A stretch of DNA of 32,000 nucleotides, from positions 1,470,001-1,502,000 of the forward strand of contig NC_018655.1 in NCBI RefSeq assembly GCF_000299365.1, read 5' to 3'. The position numbers and the translations under genes were made by a program. This document shows positions 31,000 to 32,000 of this stretch, piece after piece; the first letter of the stretch is position 1; the number at the start of each line of letters is the position of its first letter. Under the pieces are notes generated by a model. The model saw only the letters and a list, made by a program, of their open reading frames with translations, was not told the origin of the DNA and made no database searches. This DNA is from Candidatus Nitrosopumilus koreensis AR1. GTDB taxonomy: Archaea > Thermoproteota > Nitrososphaeria > Nitrososphaerales > Nitrosopumilaceae.

Positions 31000-32000
31000 T
31001 TTGAAACTTTCACTCCCGTAATTGATTTGAATTCTGCTTGCATGTCTGCATCTAGTTGATCAAGTTTTGGCATCTCATCATCTTTGACATCCATTCTTGC
31101 TTTGAGAATTGAAGTAATGCTTGACATTGCGCGGATATCAGCAAGAGGAGTTCCTTCCTTGATTGCTTGTTGACCTTTTTTGTAAAAGTCAACTAGTAAT
31201 TTCATTAGTTTGTATTGTTTTTCTGGGCTACAATAAGTATCAACATCATCAAATGAGTTTTGTTGTAATAGACCAATCTTTACCATTCTTGCAACTTCAA
31301 GAATTAATTTTTCCTCATCTGGAAGTGCTTCAGGTCCTAATAGTCTGACAATTTCTTTTAGTGTATCTTCTCTTTGCAATACGCCATAAACTTCACTTCT
31401 GAGACTCAACCAATCTTCGTTGATGTTCTCACCCCACCACTTTGCAATATCTGCAAGGTAACCAGAATAGCTGTTCATCCAGTTAATTGATGGATAGTGT
31501 CTGGAATATGCTAGCTTTGCATCCAAAGCCCAGAAAGTTTTGATAAATCTCATGGTATGAGTTGTAACTGGCTCTGTAAAGTCACCACCAGATGGTGAAA
31601 CAGCACCAATCAAAGTTACAGAGCCATCACGGTCTGGACTTCCAGATGCTCTAACACGTCCTGCTCTTTCATAAAATTCTGCTAATCTTGATGCAAGATA
31701 TGATGGGTAACCTTCTTCTGCTGGCATCTCTTCTAATCTACCACTCATTTCTCTGAGTGCTTCAGCCCATCTACTTGTAGAATCTGCTACAAGTACAACG
31801 TCTTTACCCATATCTCTGTAATATTCTGCAATTGTTACACCAGTGTAGATACTTGCTTCTCTTGCTGCTACTGGCATGTTACTAGTATTTGCAACAAGTA
31901 CAGTTCTATCCATAAGTGGTTTTCCACTACGTGGGTCTTTGAGATGTGGGAATTCGACAAGTACTTCTGTCATTTCGTTTCCTCTTTCACCACAACCGAT
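30996..32000 (-). CDS. atpA: A-type ATP synthase subunit A, C-terminal part (gene continues beyond the window end)
   Basis: The reading frame stays open to nt 32000 ([14 protein letters not shown]...). Motifs: [34 protein letters not shown]. The N-terminal half, including the P-loop, lies outside the window. Confidence 0.95.
   Translation of the reverse strand: MGCGERGNEMTEVLVEFPHLKDPRSGKPLMDRTVLVANTSNMPVAAREASIYTGVTIAEYYRDMGKDVVLVADSTSRWAEALREMSGRLEEMPAEEGYPSYLASRLAEFYERAGRVRASGSPDRDGSVTLIGAVSPSGGDFTEPVTTHTMRFIKTFWALDAKLAYSRHYPSINWMNSYSGYLADIAKWWGENINEDWLSLRSEVYGVLQREDTLKEIVRLLGPEALPDEEKLILEVARMVKIGLLQQNSFDDVDTYCSPEKQYKLMKLLVDFYKKGQQAIKEGTPLADIRAMSSITSILKARMDVKDDEMPKLDQLDADMQAEFKSITGVKVSN

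Noticed and set aside
1-32000. CRISPR arrays, transposases, toxin-antitoxin pairs or known defence-system genes
   Set aside because: I scanned the ORF translations and the intergenic regions. I saw no regularly spaced repeats, no nuclease/helicase/ATPase combinations and no IS-like inverted repeats.

Overview
By eye this is an AT-rich, densely packed archaeal chromosome segment. Its gene content fits a marine Nitrosopumilus-type ammonia-oxidising archaeon: archaeal Rpp21 and Nep1, class II RNR, A-type ATPase, PEFG-CTERM tails and several copper proteins. That assignment is an inference from motifs, since no database search was possible. The two ends are housekeeping. At 1-11.7 kb: RNase P subunit, tRNA-Gly, Nep1, class II ribonucleotide reductase, thiolase with its DUF35 partner, a nitrilase-family hydrolase and a rhomboid protease. 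At 26.2-32 kb: a LON-domain protein, pyrB/pyrI, and the atpK-D-B-A part of an A-type ATPase operon, with atpA running off the window end. The centre (about 11.7-26.3 kb) is an almost unbroken run of secreted or membrane-anchored proteins and metal-handling genes. It holds three clearly paralogous secreted proteins of unrecognised family, whose predicted mature N-terminus is His-Gly-(L/V)-Gly. It also holds a tandem Trp-rich C-terminal repeat shared by three adjacent genes, and a cupredoxin with an extra His-rich domain and a PEFG-CTERM tail. A YcnI-like protein sits divergently next to a four-module CopC-CopD-YtkA-like-beta-propeller fusion. A ZnuABC/TroABC-type transporter sits divergently next to a NikR-like regulator. 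I consider this surface copper/metal cluster the most likely place for an undescribed system. A second candidate is a wHTH-ATP-cone-NrdD-like protein lacking the glycyl-radical end. It lies next to the class II RNR, and unusual GATC-containing repeats occupy both upstream regions. I saw no CRISPR array, transposase, integrase or rRNA. Three to four plausible small genes below the 60-aa ORF-track cutoff were found by hand translation. Several ORF-track starts are TTG or GTG, and I adjusted them where an obvious ATG follows.
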